IMG/VR virus record: IMGVR_UViG_3300017655_000238
Location: 1-43,428 of that record
DNA from: a virus
Lineage: Duplodnaviria; Caudoviricetes
Reading direction: 5' to 3' (one strand)
Length of the DNA stretch: 43,428 nt
Made by a program: the position numbers and the translations under genes. This document shows positions 8,877-16,704 of this stretch, in pieces (position 1 is the first letter of the stretch; every line of letters begins with the position of its first letter). The notes under the pieces are model-generated. The model had not been told where the DNA came from. It saw nothing but the letters and a program-made list of their open reading frames with translations, and ran no database searches.

Positions 8877-9134
8877 ATGAAGAAATCTTTACCAAAAACG
8901 CTAATCACTGAACAGCAGCAAATTGAGGCGGAGCATTTCCGCCGGAAGGCTAAGGCGCAGATCGCGCTCAACGGGGAGACGATCAAAGCTCTTGCCAAGA
9001 GGATCGGTTACCCCGCCGGAACGGTTACGGCGGCGCTACGGCGGCCTTGGGACACGCCAAACGTCGTCACCGCTATCGAGGCCGACTTGTTCGGCAAGAA
9101 GCATGTCGGGAGCCGGGAGGAGGTGGCGAAGTGA
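8877..9134 (+). CDS. Cro-like HTH regulator
   Basis: Divergent from CI; ETIKALAKRIGYPAGTVTAAL HTH. Confidence 0.7.
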   Translation: MKKSLPKTLITEQQQIEAEHFRRKAKAQIALNGETIKALAKRIGYPAGTVTAALRRPWDTPNVVTAIEADLFGKKHVGSREEVAK

Positions 9135-9358
9135 GCGCCTGGTATGTCGCCGGATACTCGGGCGAGGGCACACTCATCGTAGACGACGAGCGCGTCGTTG
9201 CTGTCGTCAAGGCTGGGGATGCCGTCGAACTAATCCGCTCTGCTCCAGATCTGTTGGAGATCGCCAAAGCCGTCTACGCGGGTGGTATGTCCTACCCCAA
9301 GTACCTGCGCGACAAAGCGGCTGCCGCCATCGCGAAAGCGGAAGGAGGCCAGCCATGA
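9131..9358 (+). CDS. Phage hypothetical protein
   Basis: GTGA overlap with the cro stop; LIRSAPDLLE...AAIAKAEG motif typical of small early phage proteins. Confidence 0.65.
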   Translation: MSAWYVAGYSGEGTLIVDDERVVAVVKAGDAVELIRSAPDLLEIAKAVYAGGMSYPKYLRDKAAAAIAKAEGGQP

Positions 9359-9540
9359 TCGAAGTCACCCCCTCCGACATCCCCTTCCTTCTCATGTGCC
9401 TTATCGTGCTGCTCTTTGTGGCTTACGCCGCCGGAGACTTCTTCGGGTGGCGACGGGGCCGAGAAGAGGCTGAAGAGGAATTCAACGAAGCCTTCAAAGA
9501 ACTCGGCCCGACCATCAACAGAAAGGAAGCATCCAAATGA
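9355..9540 (+). CDS. Small membrane protein
   Basis: ATGA-coupled start with GGAGG RBS; single TM helix (FLLMCLIVLLFVAYAAG). Confidence 0.6.
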   Translation: MIEVTPSDIPFLLMCLIVLLFVAYAAGDFFGWRRGREEAEEEFNEAFKELGPTINRKEASK

Positions 9541-9851
9541 GCCAGGTAGTAGAACGCATCTTCTCTTTGAGCGAAACCTACATCAAAGGTCTCATGAAAG
9601 AGATCGCTGCGGAAACGGAGACCCGGACCAAAGAGCGCCACAAGGCAATCGAGGAGGCCGGGCCAAGGCCGGAATGGATTCGCATTCGCACGGCTGTGAA
9701 GCTGTTTGACCTCTCCGAAAGCTACATCAAAGGGTTGATCTCGGAGAACAAGATCAAGAGCCGGGTGCTGAAAGACCGGGGGCAGATCCGGGGGGTTCGA
9801 CTGATCTCCTTTGATTCGCTGAACGAGTTCATCGAAGGGGGGAAACTGTGA
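9537..9851 (+). CDS. Excisionase-like winged-HTH DNA-binding protein
   Basis: EWIRIRTAVKLFDLSESYIKGLISENKIKSR...RLISFDSLNEFI. Confidence 0.65.
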   Translation: MSQVVERIFSLSETYIKGLMKEIAAETETRTKERHKAIEEAGPRPEWIRIRTAVKLFDLSESYIKGLISENKIKSRVLKDRGQIRGVRLISFDSLNEFIEGGKL

Positions 9852-10123
9852 GTGCTTTAGAACTCATCGCAGCCGAACGAGATCGTCAGATTTCAAAAGG
9901 ATACGACGCTACTCATGATGACCAGCACAATGACGACCTATCAATTGTGGCAACACAGGTCATCTTCGCCGCCGCAACAGGAGAGGGCAGTGACGGCTGG
10001 GGGATCGTTAAGAAGCATGCTGGAAACCCGGTGAAGCTATTGACTATCGCTGGCGCATTGATCGTTGCGGAAATAGAACGACGTCAGCGGCTCAAATCGA
10101 AAGCCGAAAGGAGCCAACCATGA
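9848..10123 (+). CDS. Conserved phage helical protein
   Basis: IAAERDRQ...HDDQH...AGALIVAEIER motif common in phage early regions; function not established. Confidence 0.65.
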   Translation: MSALELIAAERDRQISKGYDATHDDQHNDDLSIVATQVIFAAATGEGSDGWGIVKKHAGNPVKLLTIAGALIVAEIERRQRLKSKAERSQP

Positions 10124-11400
10124 GTGGCAATCTCACGAACGTCCTCCCCGAAGAGTCGCAGACGGCCACGGCGGTTCTCGCCTGGTGGAAGGCTCGCGGG
10201 GATGCGGAACCACGGCGGCGCTACCTTGGCATGTCAGCTATTGGCGAGGAGTGCGAGCGGCGGCTTTGGTATAGCTTCCGGCATGCGGCGCAGGAGGATT
10301 TCCCTGGTCGGCTCTACCGGCTCTTTAATCGGGGGCACCGGGAGGAGGAGATCATCGCCGAAGAGCTTCGCGGGATCGGCTGCACGGTGTTGCTCGAAGA
10401 CGAGAACGGGAAGCAGTTCGGCTTCTCGGGTGTGGGCGGGCATTTCAAGGGCCATATGGACGCGGCGATCCTTGGTGTACCGGAAGCGCCGAAGACGTGG
10501 CATCTGGGCGAGTTCAAGACGCACTCGGCGAAGTTGTTCGCTGACTTGGCGAAGAAAGGCGTGCAGGCGGCCAAGCCGGTGCACTACGCGCAGATGCAGA
10601 TTTACATGCGCAAGTCGGGCATGACGCGGGCGCTCTACTATGCGGTAAACAAGGACACCGATGAGGTTTACGTGGAGCGGGTGCGGTACGATGCGGCGTT
10701 TGCGGCGGGCCTCGAAGCGAAGGCGGAGCGGATCATCACGGCAACGAAGCCCCCGGCGCGGATCGCGGAGCGGCGCGATGACTTCCGCTGCAAGTTTTGC
10801 CCGGCGAAGAGCCTTTGCCACGGGACCAGCGGTGAAGAGCCTGCGGTGCCGATCTCGAAGCCGTCTTGCCGGCAGTGTGTCCATGCGACGCCGGAACTGG
10901 ATGGAGATGGCCGGTGGTCATGTGCCAAGCATGGGAAAGACCTTTCCACGGAAGATCAGGAGCGCACCTGCCGATCGTTCCTGTTGATCCCTGACTTTGT
11001 GACGTTCGCTGAGCCGGTGGATGCGCACAAGACCGAGAGCGGTGACGACGTGATCGAGTTTCGCAACCTGGCGGACGGGTCGATCTGGCACCACGGGCCG
11101 GACCGGGAGGCGGGGCACTGGACGGTTGCCGATCTTCTTTCGAAGCCGATGGGCGAGCTTCGCATGCCGAGCCTTCTGGAGCAAAGCCAAGGATGGGGGA
11201 TGACCAGCTACGCGGTGCATGGGCTGGAGCATCTGACTGCTGCATGGAAGCACCTCACGCACCTCAATGATTTTCCCGAGCCGCTCAAGACCGAGAAGGG
11301 CGACGGCTACGAGATTACTGAATTTCCTGGAGGGGACTTTGTTCTGGTGGCCCCTGCCGAGGATTATGCCGAAATCAGATACAACAACATTCCCTTTTAA
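10120..11400 (+). CDS. Cas4-like / PD-(D/E)xK exonuclease with Fe-S cysteines
   Basis: YLGMSAIGEECERRLWY, GHMD...EFKT, HYAQMQIY, CKFCPAKSLC. Confidence 0.85.
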   Translation: MSGNLTNVLPEESQTATAVLAWWKARGDAEPRRRYLGMSAIGEECERRLWYSFRHAAQEDFPGRLYRLFNRGHREEEIIAEELRGIGCTVLLEDENGKQFGFSGVGGHFKGHMDAAILGVPEAPKTWHLGEFKTHSAKLFADLAKKGVQAAKPVHYAQMQIYMRKSGMTRALYYAVNKDTDEVYVERVRYDAAFAAGLEAKAERIITATKPPARIAERRDDFRCKFCPAKSLCHGTSGEEPAVPISKPSCRQCVHATPELDGDGRWSCAKHGKDLSTEDQERTCRSFLLIPDFVTFAEPVDAHKTESGDDVIEFRNLADGSIWHHGPDREAGHWTVADLLSKPMGELRMPSLLEQSQGWGMTSYAVHGLEHLTAAWKHLTHLNDFPEPLKTEKGDGYEITEFPGGDFVLVAPAEDYAEIRYNNIPF

Positions 11401-11406
11401 TTACCC

Positions 11407-12180
11407 ATGGCTTTTTCACTTGATTCCATTACCACATCTTCGGTTCTCAAACCTCCCCGCGCGATCGTTCTTGGCGTGGAAAAGATCGGCAAAAGTACGT
11501 TTGCCGCTGGCTCCGATCGTCCGATCTTCATCCCGATCAAACGAGAAGAAGGGATCGACGACCTGAACGTTGCCCGATTCCCCGCATGCGAAACCTTTGG
11601 CGACGTGATGAGCGCGATTAGCGTGCTTTATCAGGAGGATCACCAGTACCAGACGGCAGTGATTGATTCCTCCTCCGCGCTTGAACCGGTGATCTGGGAA
11701 GATGTGTGCCAGGAGAACGGCGCGGCTTCGATTGAAAAAGTGAACGGCGGGTTCGGCAAGGGGTACGTCGAGGCGCTTTCCCGGTGGCAATCGATCATGG
11801 AGGGGCTGGATGCGCTCCGCGAGCACAAGAATATGGCCAGCATCATCATCGGCCACGTGAAGGTTTCTCACTTCAACGATCCTGAGCGGGATAGCTACAA
11901 CCGTTACACCTTCGACATTAACGACCGGGCGAGCAATGCGCTTTTCCGATGGGCTGATTTCATCGGCTTCGCCAACAACAAGATTGTGACCACGACCGAA
12001 AAGCAGGGCTTCGGCAAAGAGGTGAAGCGTGCGGTTGATGCAGCCAACGGCAACCGCTTTCTCTTTACGCAGAAGACTCCTGCGCACCCCGGCGGCGGTC
12101 GGGGCGTTTACGGTCGGTTGCCTGCGGAGCTTTCGCTTTCGTGGGAAGCGTTCAAGAACGCCGTGGCAGCGGCAGTGTGA
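11407..12180 (+). CDS. AAA_24 / Sak4-like ATPase (single-strand annealing recombinase)
   Basis: Walker A GVEKIGKST, Walker B AVIDS, GGFGKGY motif; lies between the exonuclease and the SSB. Confidence 0.85.
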   Translation: MAFSLDSITTSSVLKPPRAIVLGVEKIGKSTFAAGSDRPIFIPIKREEGIDDLNVARFPACETFGDVMSAISVLYQEDHQYQTAVIDSSSALEPVIWEDVCQENGAASIEKVNGGFGKGYVEALSRWQSIMEGLDALREHKNMASIIIGHVKVSHFNDPERDSYNRYTFDINDRASNALFRWADFIGFANNKIVTTTEKQGFGKEVKRAVDAANGNRFLFTQKTPAHPGGGRGVYGRLPAELSLSWEAFKNAVAAAV

Positions 12181-12186
12181 TTTTAC

Positions 12187-12329
12187 GCAGGCGGCGGCGT
12201 GGAGCCAAGCGGTATATCCGGGGACGCCCGGTGAGAGCGCAGGCAGGTAGACACGCAGGGGCAGCGAGAGACGGTGCCCCTAAAGAAAGTGCGTCCATTC
12301 AGTCGGTTCGAATCCGGCCCGCCTGCACC
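12187..12329 (+). ncRNA. tRNA-like structured ncRNA with expanded interior (not a canonical tRNA)
   Basis: 8-bp acceptor stem GCAGGCGG/CCGCCTGC, T-arm GTCGG-TTCGAAT-CCGGC, ACC tail and internal hairpins; intergenic. Confidence 0.7.
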
Positions 12330-12482
12330 TTTTCCTAATAGCTCGACGCGCATCAAATAAAAAGGCCCGCCCATCTGAGGAACCTCGCGGATAAGAGCAG
12401 CAATGCTCCGGGACGATTTAGCTATTCCTTTTTCACAGACAGCCGGAGAGACGGCAACTCAAACCAAAATGCAGCAAACATC

Positions 12483-13004
12483 ATGAGCAACATCGCAAGC
12501 GCCATTGGCGGCGCATTCAATGCCAACGAACACGACACGACCGACACCACGACGCCGATTCCTCCGGGAGATTACCCTTTCCTGATTGAGAAGGCGGAGC
12601 TTCGGGACACGAAGGACGGTTCGGGAAAATACGTCTGGATTCAGGCGACCGTTACCGGGGAGCAATACGCGGGCCGAAAGGTCTTCGAGAACTTCAATAT
12701 CGTCAACTCCAGCGCGGAGGCCGTGCGGATCGGTCGCAGTGACCTGGCGAAGCTGGCGGTCGCCGTCGGCGCGCCGATGCTTCAGGACACTGGTGAACTG
12801 GTGAACAAGGCGTTCATCGGGCGGGTGAAGGTGAAGGACGGCGACAACAAGTTCTCTGCGTACAAGCCGATTGGTGGGAGCGCCCCGGCACCGTCCACGC
12901 CGCCCGTGGCGCAGTACACCGCCCCGGCACAGGCTCAGCAACATGCCCCGGCGACGGCCGCCGCTGCCGCGCCTGTCGCCAAGAAGATGCCTTGGCAGCG
13001 GTAA
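12483..13004 (+). CDS. DUF669-like phage ssDNA-binding protein
   Basis: PIPPGDY...TKDGSGKY...GRKVFENFNI; Ala/Pro-rich tail ending PWQR. Confidence 0.8.
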   Translation: MSNIASAIGGAFNANEHDTTDTTTPIPPGDYPFLIEKAELRDTKDGSGKYVWIQATVTGEQYAGRKVFENFNIVNSSAEAVRIGRSDLAKLAVAVGAPMLQDTGELVNKAFIGRVKVKDGDNKFSAYKPIGGSAPAPSTPPVAQYTAPAQAQQHAPATAAAAAPVAKKMPWQR

Positions 13005-13037
13005 ACCGATCAACCCGAAACCTCAAGCCAAACTATC

Positions 13038-13433
13038 ATGACAGCAACAACCGATACACAGACAGAAGAAAAACTCCGCGAACTTACCTCGCAGCTTGCC
13101 GATGCGCGCGCGGAGGAGGCCGCCGCGAAGGCGAAGCGCATCCAGGCAGAAGAGGCCATCGTGGCGCTCCTCGACCCGGGCGAGCGGAGCACGGTGACCG
13201 TCGACCCCGGTAACGGGCTCAAGGTGACCATCAAGACGGACCTTAGCTACAAGGCGGATATCGACGCGATTGAAGTGATTGACTCCGATCTTGTCAAGGT
13301 GACGACGAAGAAGGAACTCGACACGAAAGCGTACGAGGCGCTGCGCGAGCAGAATACCGCTTTGTTCGACCACATCAGCGAGTACGTCACCGTCACCCCG
13401 AAGAAGCCCGCCGTCACGCTCAAGGTGGTCTGA
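13038..13433 (+). CDS. Phage hypothetical protein (replication/recombination module)
   Basis: Coiled-coil N-terminus, ...VTVTPKKPAVTL C-terminus; phage-like codon usage. Confidence 0.7.
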   Translation: MTATTDTQTEEKLRELTSQLADARAEEAAAKAKRIQAEEAIVALLDPGERSTVTVDPGNGLKVTIKTDLSYKADIDAIEVIDSDLVKVTTKKELDTKAYEALREQNTALFDHISEYVTVTPKKPAVTLKVV

Positions 13434-13453
13434 TCGGGCAAACCCCAAAACCT

Positions 13454-13480
13454 TCCGGTGGTGGTTAACCGGACTCTTTT
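13454..13480 (+). terminator. Possible weak intrinsic terminator
   Basis: TCCGGT...ACCGGA hairpin followed by CTCTTTT. Confidence 0.35.
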
Positions 13481-13484
13481 CCCA

Positions 13485-13889
13485 ATGAAAAACCAGAAAC
13501 GCAAACGCAAGAAGGCCGTGCCAAAGATCAGGGTCAAGGATGCATTCCCTTATTCGTTCTCTCGCATTGTTCGGGAGCTTCGCATTTCGCCCGGTGCCGT
13601 TGATCGGCTCGCGGAAGACTTCCCGGCAGACTATACCACCCGAAACACACGCAGGTATCGCTGCATTCCAGAGGGCGCGGATCGGTTCAGGATTATCAAG
13701 AAGTCGGGTCGCTTCCATATTGTTGGAATCTTCTCTCGGGATGCCGAGCCGACGCTGTTCGAGGGCACAAAAGAAGATTGCGAGAAGGTGCTCAAGGCTA
13801 CCGTGACGCGCTGGTGGAGCTTGTCGCGCGGACGGGAGTTCCCGACGGTGGCGCAAGAGATCCTTGGGTTGAAGGAGTTGCAGAAGTGA
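13485..13889 (+). CDS. Basic hypothetical protein
   Basis: ATG 13485, KRKRKK N-terminus; stop overlaps the helicase start (TGATG). Confidence 0.55.
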   Translation: MKNQKRKRKKAVPKIRVKDAFPYSFSRIVRELRISPGAVDRLAEDFPADYTTRNTRRYRCIPEGADRFRIIKKSGRFHIVGIFSRDAEPTLFEGTKEDCEKVLKATVTRWWSLSRGREFPTVAQEILGLKELQK

Positions 13890-15532
13890 TGGCGACGGCG
13901 CTCCATTTCAAGCCGCCTTCCGCCACGACGCTCACGCCGCGCCCGTACCAGGAGGAGGCGCTCGATGCGCTTGACGAGCACCTTGCGACGAAGGAGACGA
14001 ACCCGTGCGTCGTGGTGCCGACGGCGGGCGGCAAGAGTTTCATCATGGCGCTGGCCATCTCCCGTTGGAAGCTGGCGCACCCACCGCTTCGGGTTTGCAT
14101 CCTCGCGCACCGCAAGGAGCTGGTGAAACAAAACAGCGATGAGCTGATCGGAATCTGGCCTGCCGGGGACATCGGGATCTACGCGGCGGGGCTGCGACGG
14201 CGGAATGTCTACCACTCGATCCTTTATGCTTCGATTGATTCCATCTGGAACAAGTGGGGCGATTTCGAGCCGTTCGACGTGATCTTCGTTGACGAGGCGC
14301 AGCGCATCCCGGCGCGTGGTGAAGGAAAGTATCGGGCGTTTATCAACGGGTGCAAGCAGTTCAACCCGCACCTTCGAGTGATCGGGATTACCGCGACCCC
14401 GTACCGGATGGAAGGGCCGATCTGTCACAGGGACCATATCCTGCAAGAGATCGCTTATGAGGTCCATATCACGCAGTTGCTTCAGGGTGGGTACGTCTGC
14501 CCGTTGCGCTCCCGGATCGGGGAGGTGCAGCCGGACATTAGCGGGGTGCAGCGCAACGGGAAGGGTGACTATATCGAGAAGCAGCTCGCGGAGGCGGTGG
14601 ACAAGAGCGACGTGGTGGCCGGGGCGGTGTCGGAGATGGTGCGAATCATCCGGGCGGAGCGGCGGCAGTCGGTGATTGTCTTTTGTGTGGATATTGCCCA
14701 CTGCGAAAACGTGAGCCGGGAGCTTCGCAAGTATGGCATCGCCGCGCCGTATGTTACGGCGAAGACACCGGTGGCGGAGCGGGACCGGCTGGCGGAGATG
14801 TTCAAGCGCAGGCAGCTGCAGGTTCTTCTCAACGTCAACGTCTACACGGAGGGGTTCAATGCCAAGTGCGTCGATTGTGTGGTGCTGCTGCGCCCGACGC
14901 TATCCAAGGGGCTTTACGTGCAGATGGTCGGACGCGGGCTTCGGCTCCACCCGGACAAGAGCGATTGCCTGGTGCTCGACTTTGCCGGGTGCATCGCGGA
15001 GCACGGGCCGATTGACCAGCTCGATGCTGGGGTGGTGATCATGGCGCGGTGCGGCGGGTGTGGTGACTCGTTTTCTCGGGCGATCCGGGTCTGCCCGCAT
15101 TGCGGGTGGGAGATCCCGCCGGTGGAGATGGAACGGCTGGAGTCGGAGGAGAAGGCCGAGGCGGAGCGTCGGATGCACGCGGCGAAGCCGAAGGATGACC
15201 CCGTCATCAGTGAGCCGATTTGGCTCGATGTCGATGACGTGAGCGTGCACCTGCATCGGAAGGTGGATGCGCCTGACAGCCTGCGGGTGCAGTACCGCTG
15301 CGGGATTACCGTGGTGAGCGAGTGGATCTGTCTCAACCACTCGGGCTTCGCCCGTAAGAAGGCAGGCCAATGGTGGTTGGCTCGCAAGCTTCCCGGTGAC
15401 TACCAGACGGTGACCGTGGCGGAGGCGGTGAGCAACCTTTTCCTTGGGGGCGAGATCAAGGCGCGGACCAAGCAGATTCAGGTGATCCGGCGCGGTCGGT
15501 ATCACGAGATTTTAGACTATCAACTTTCTTAA
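13889..15532 (+). CDS. SF2 DEAD/DEAH helicase (RadD/YejH-like) with zinc finger
   Basis: PRPYQ, PTAGGKS, DEAQ, TAT, QMVGRGLR, and CxxC...CPHCG. Confidence 0.92.
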   Translation: MATALHFKPPSATTLTPRPYQEEALDALDEHLATKETNPCVVVPTAGGKSFIMALAISRWKLAHPPLRVCILAHRKELVKQNSDELIGIWPAGDIGIYAAGLRRRNVYHSILYASIDSIWNKWGDFEPFDVIFVDEAQRIPARGEGKYRAFINGCKQFNPHLRVIGITATPYRMEGPICHRDHILQEIAYEVHITQLLQGGYVCPLRSRIGEVQPDISGVQRNGKGDYIEKQLAEAVDKSDVVAGAVSEMVRIIRAERRQSVIVFCVDIAHCENVSRELRKYGIAAPYVTAKTPVAERDRLAEMFKRRQLQVLLNVNVYTEGFNAKCVDCVVLLRPTLSKGLYVQMVGRGLRLHPDKSDCLVLDFAGCIAEHGPIDQLDAGVVIMARCGGCGDSFSRAIRVCPHCGWEIPPVEMERLESEEKAEAERRMHAAKPKDDPVISEPIWLDVDDVSVHLHRKVDAPDSLRVQYRCGITVVSEWICLNHSGFARKKAGQWWLARKLPGDYQTVTVAEAVSNLFLGGEIKARTKQIQVIRRGRYHEILDYQLS

Positions 15533-15559
15533 AACTTAAACCAAACAAACCAGACTTTG

Positions 15560-15754
15560 ATGACAAACGACCAGATTGAGACATTGCGGAAGATGGCAGC
15601 GAAGGAGCGGCAAAACGCGGCTTACTTGCGCGAGATCACGGAGGCGTATGAATCAGGCAAGCACAAGAAGGGCGCTGCAAGCTATCGAGTGAGGGCGAAT
15701 CTTGCTGACAAGCAGGCAGAGGCGCTGGAGGCGGCGTTGGCTCGGCTCCAATGA
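15560..15754 (+). CDS. Small hypothetical protein
   Basis: Helical ORF, ATGA-coupled to the methyltransferase. Confidence 0.55.
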   Translation: MTNDQIETLRKMAAKERQNAAYLREITEAYESGKHKKGAASYRVRANLADKQAEALEAALARLQ

Positions 15755-16704
15755 ACTACTACAACGAGTTCGACCCGAGGGCCGCCGCTTGGCTCCGGGA
15801 GCTTATCAAGCAAGGCCACATTCCACCGGGCGAGGTGGATGAAAGATCAATCACCGATGTTACAGCAAACGACCTTTCTGGATTTACTCAATGTCACTTT
15901 TTCGCAGGGATCGGAGGATGGAGCCTTGCCTTGCGACTCGCAGGATGGCCGGAAGACCGCCCGGTCTGGACCGGCAGCTGCCCTTGTCAGCCGTTCAGCG
16001 CGGCGGGAAAAGGACTCGGAGAAAAAGACGAACGCCACCTCTGGCCCGAGTTCTTACGGCTCATCAGCGAGTGCCGCCCTGCAACGATCTTTGGCGAGCA
16101 GGTTGCAAGCAAGCTTGGACGTCAATGGCTCTCTGGAGTATTCGCTGACTTGGAAGACGTGGGATATGCCGTTGCGGGAGCCGATTTGTGCGCTGCGGGC
16201 GTCCGCGCGCCGCATATCAGGCAACGGCTTTGGTGGATGGCCTACGCCGCTCGCGAACAAGCTAACACCACAAACACGGAAGGACTTCACGCCGAACCTT
16301 GCGGCAGTAGCCCTGCTTGCAGGATGGCCCACCCCAATGGCAGGGACACCAGCCAAAAACGGGAACAACGAAGCGGGGAACACCGACAGCAGCAGAAAGA
16401 CGGTTGCGCTGGTGGGTTGGGCGACGCCGACCGCCAGGGATATGAGATCAGAGCACGGATCGCCGGGGATGATGGCAAGGCGTTCGAGCAGGCCCCAAGG
16501 CAAACCACTCAGCAAGCAAGTTCTTGGAGCGATTTCGACGTCCTCCCATGCCTCGACGGAAAAGCGCGGCGCGTTGAATCCGGCACATTCCCGCTGGCTC
16601 ATGGGATACCCGGCAGAGTGGGACTCCTGCGGGGCTACGGCAATGCAATCGTACCGGAAGCCGCGGCGGTCTTCATTGAAGCAGCGGAGGAAGCAATAGC
16701 TTAA
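15751..16704 (+). CDS. DNA cytosine-5 methyltransferase, alpha polypeptide
   Basis: HFFAGIGG (motif I), GSCPCQPFS (IV), GEQV (VI), PHIRQRLW (VIII), LRGYGNAI (X). Confidence 0.9.
   Translation: MNYYNEFDPRAAAWLRELIKQGHIPPGEVDERSITDVTANDLSGFTQCHFFAGIGGWSLALRLAGWPEDRPVWTGSCPCQPFSAAGKGLGEKDERHLWPEFLRLISECRPATIFGEQVASKLGRQWLSGVFADLEDVGYAVAGADLCAAGVRAPHIRQRLWWMAYAAREQANTTNTEGLHAEPCGSSPACRMAHPNGRDTSQKREQRSGEHRQQQKDGCAGGLGDADRQGYEIRARIAGDDGKAFEQAPRQTTQQASSWSDFDVLPCLDGKARRVESGTFPLAHGIPGRVGLLRGYGNAIVPEAAAVFIEAAEEAIA
15839..16699 (+). CDS. Nested alternate-frame methyltransferase beta polypeptide (motif IX / TRD-like)
   Basis: 286-codon stop-free +1 frame inside the methyltransferase gene; three W[PA]TP repeats and [16 protein letters not shown] (motif IX-like). 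True start uncertain. Confidence 0.7.
   Translation: MKDQSPMLQQTTFLDLLNVTFSQGSEDGALPCDSQDGRKTARSGPAAALVSRSARREKDSEKKTNATSGPSSYGSSASAALQRSLASRLQASLDVNGSLEYSLTWKTWDMPLREPICALRASARRISGNGFGGWPTPLANKLTPQTRKDFTPNLAAVALLAGWPTPMAGTPAKNGNNEAGNTDSSRKTVALVGWATPTARDMRSEHGSPGMMARRSSRPQGKPLSKQVLGAISTSSHASTEKRGALNPAHSRWLMGYPAEWDSCGATAMQSYRKPRRSSLKQRRKQ

Noticed and set aside
10120-11400. CRISPR-associated Cas4
   Set aside because: No array or other cas genes; the exonuclease-Sak4-SSB context indicates a phage recombination nuclease.
12187-12329. Canonical tRNA, tRNA-Sec or tmRNA
   Set aside because: Too long for a tRNA, no 7-nt anticodon loop or UCA anticodon; no G3:U70 pair or tag ORF, and too short for tmRNA.
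12375-12420. Hammerhead ribozyme (CTGAGGA matches CUGANGA)
   Set aside because: No correctly placed GAAA core after a stem II and no consistent three-stem arrangement.
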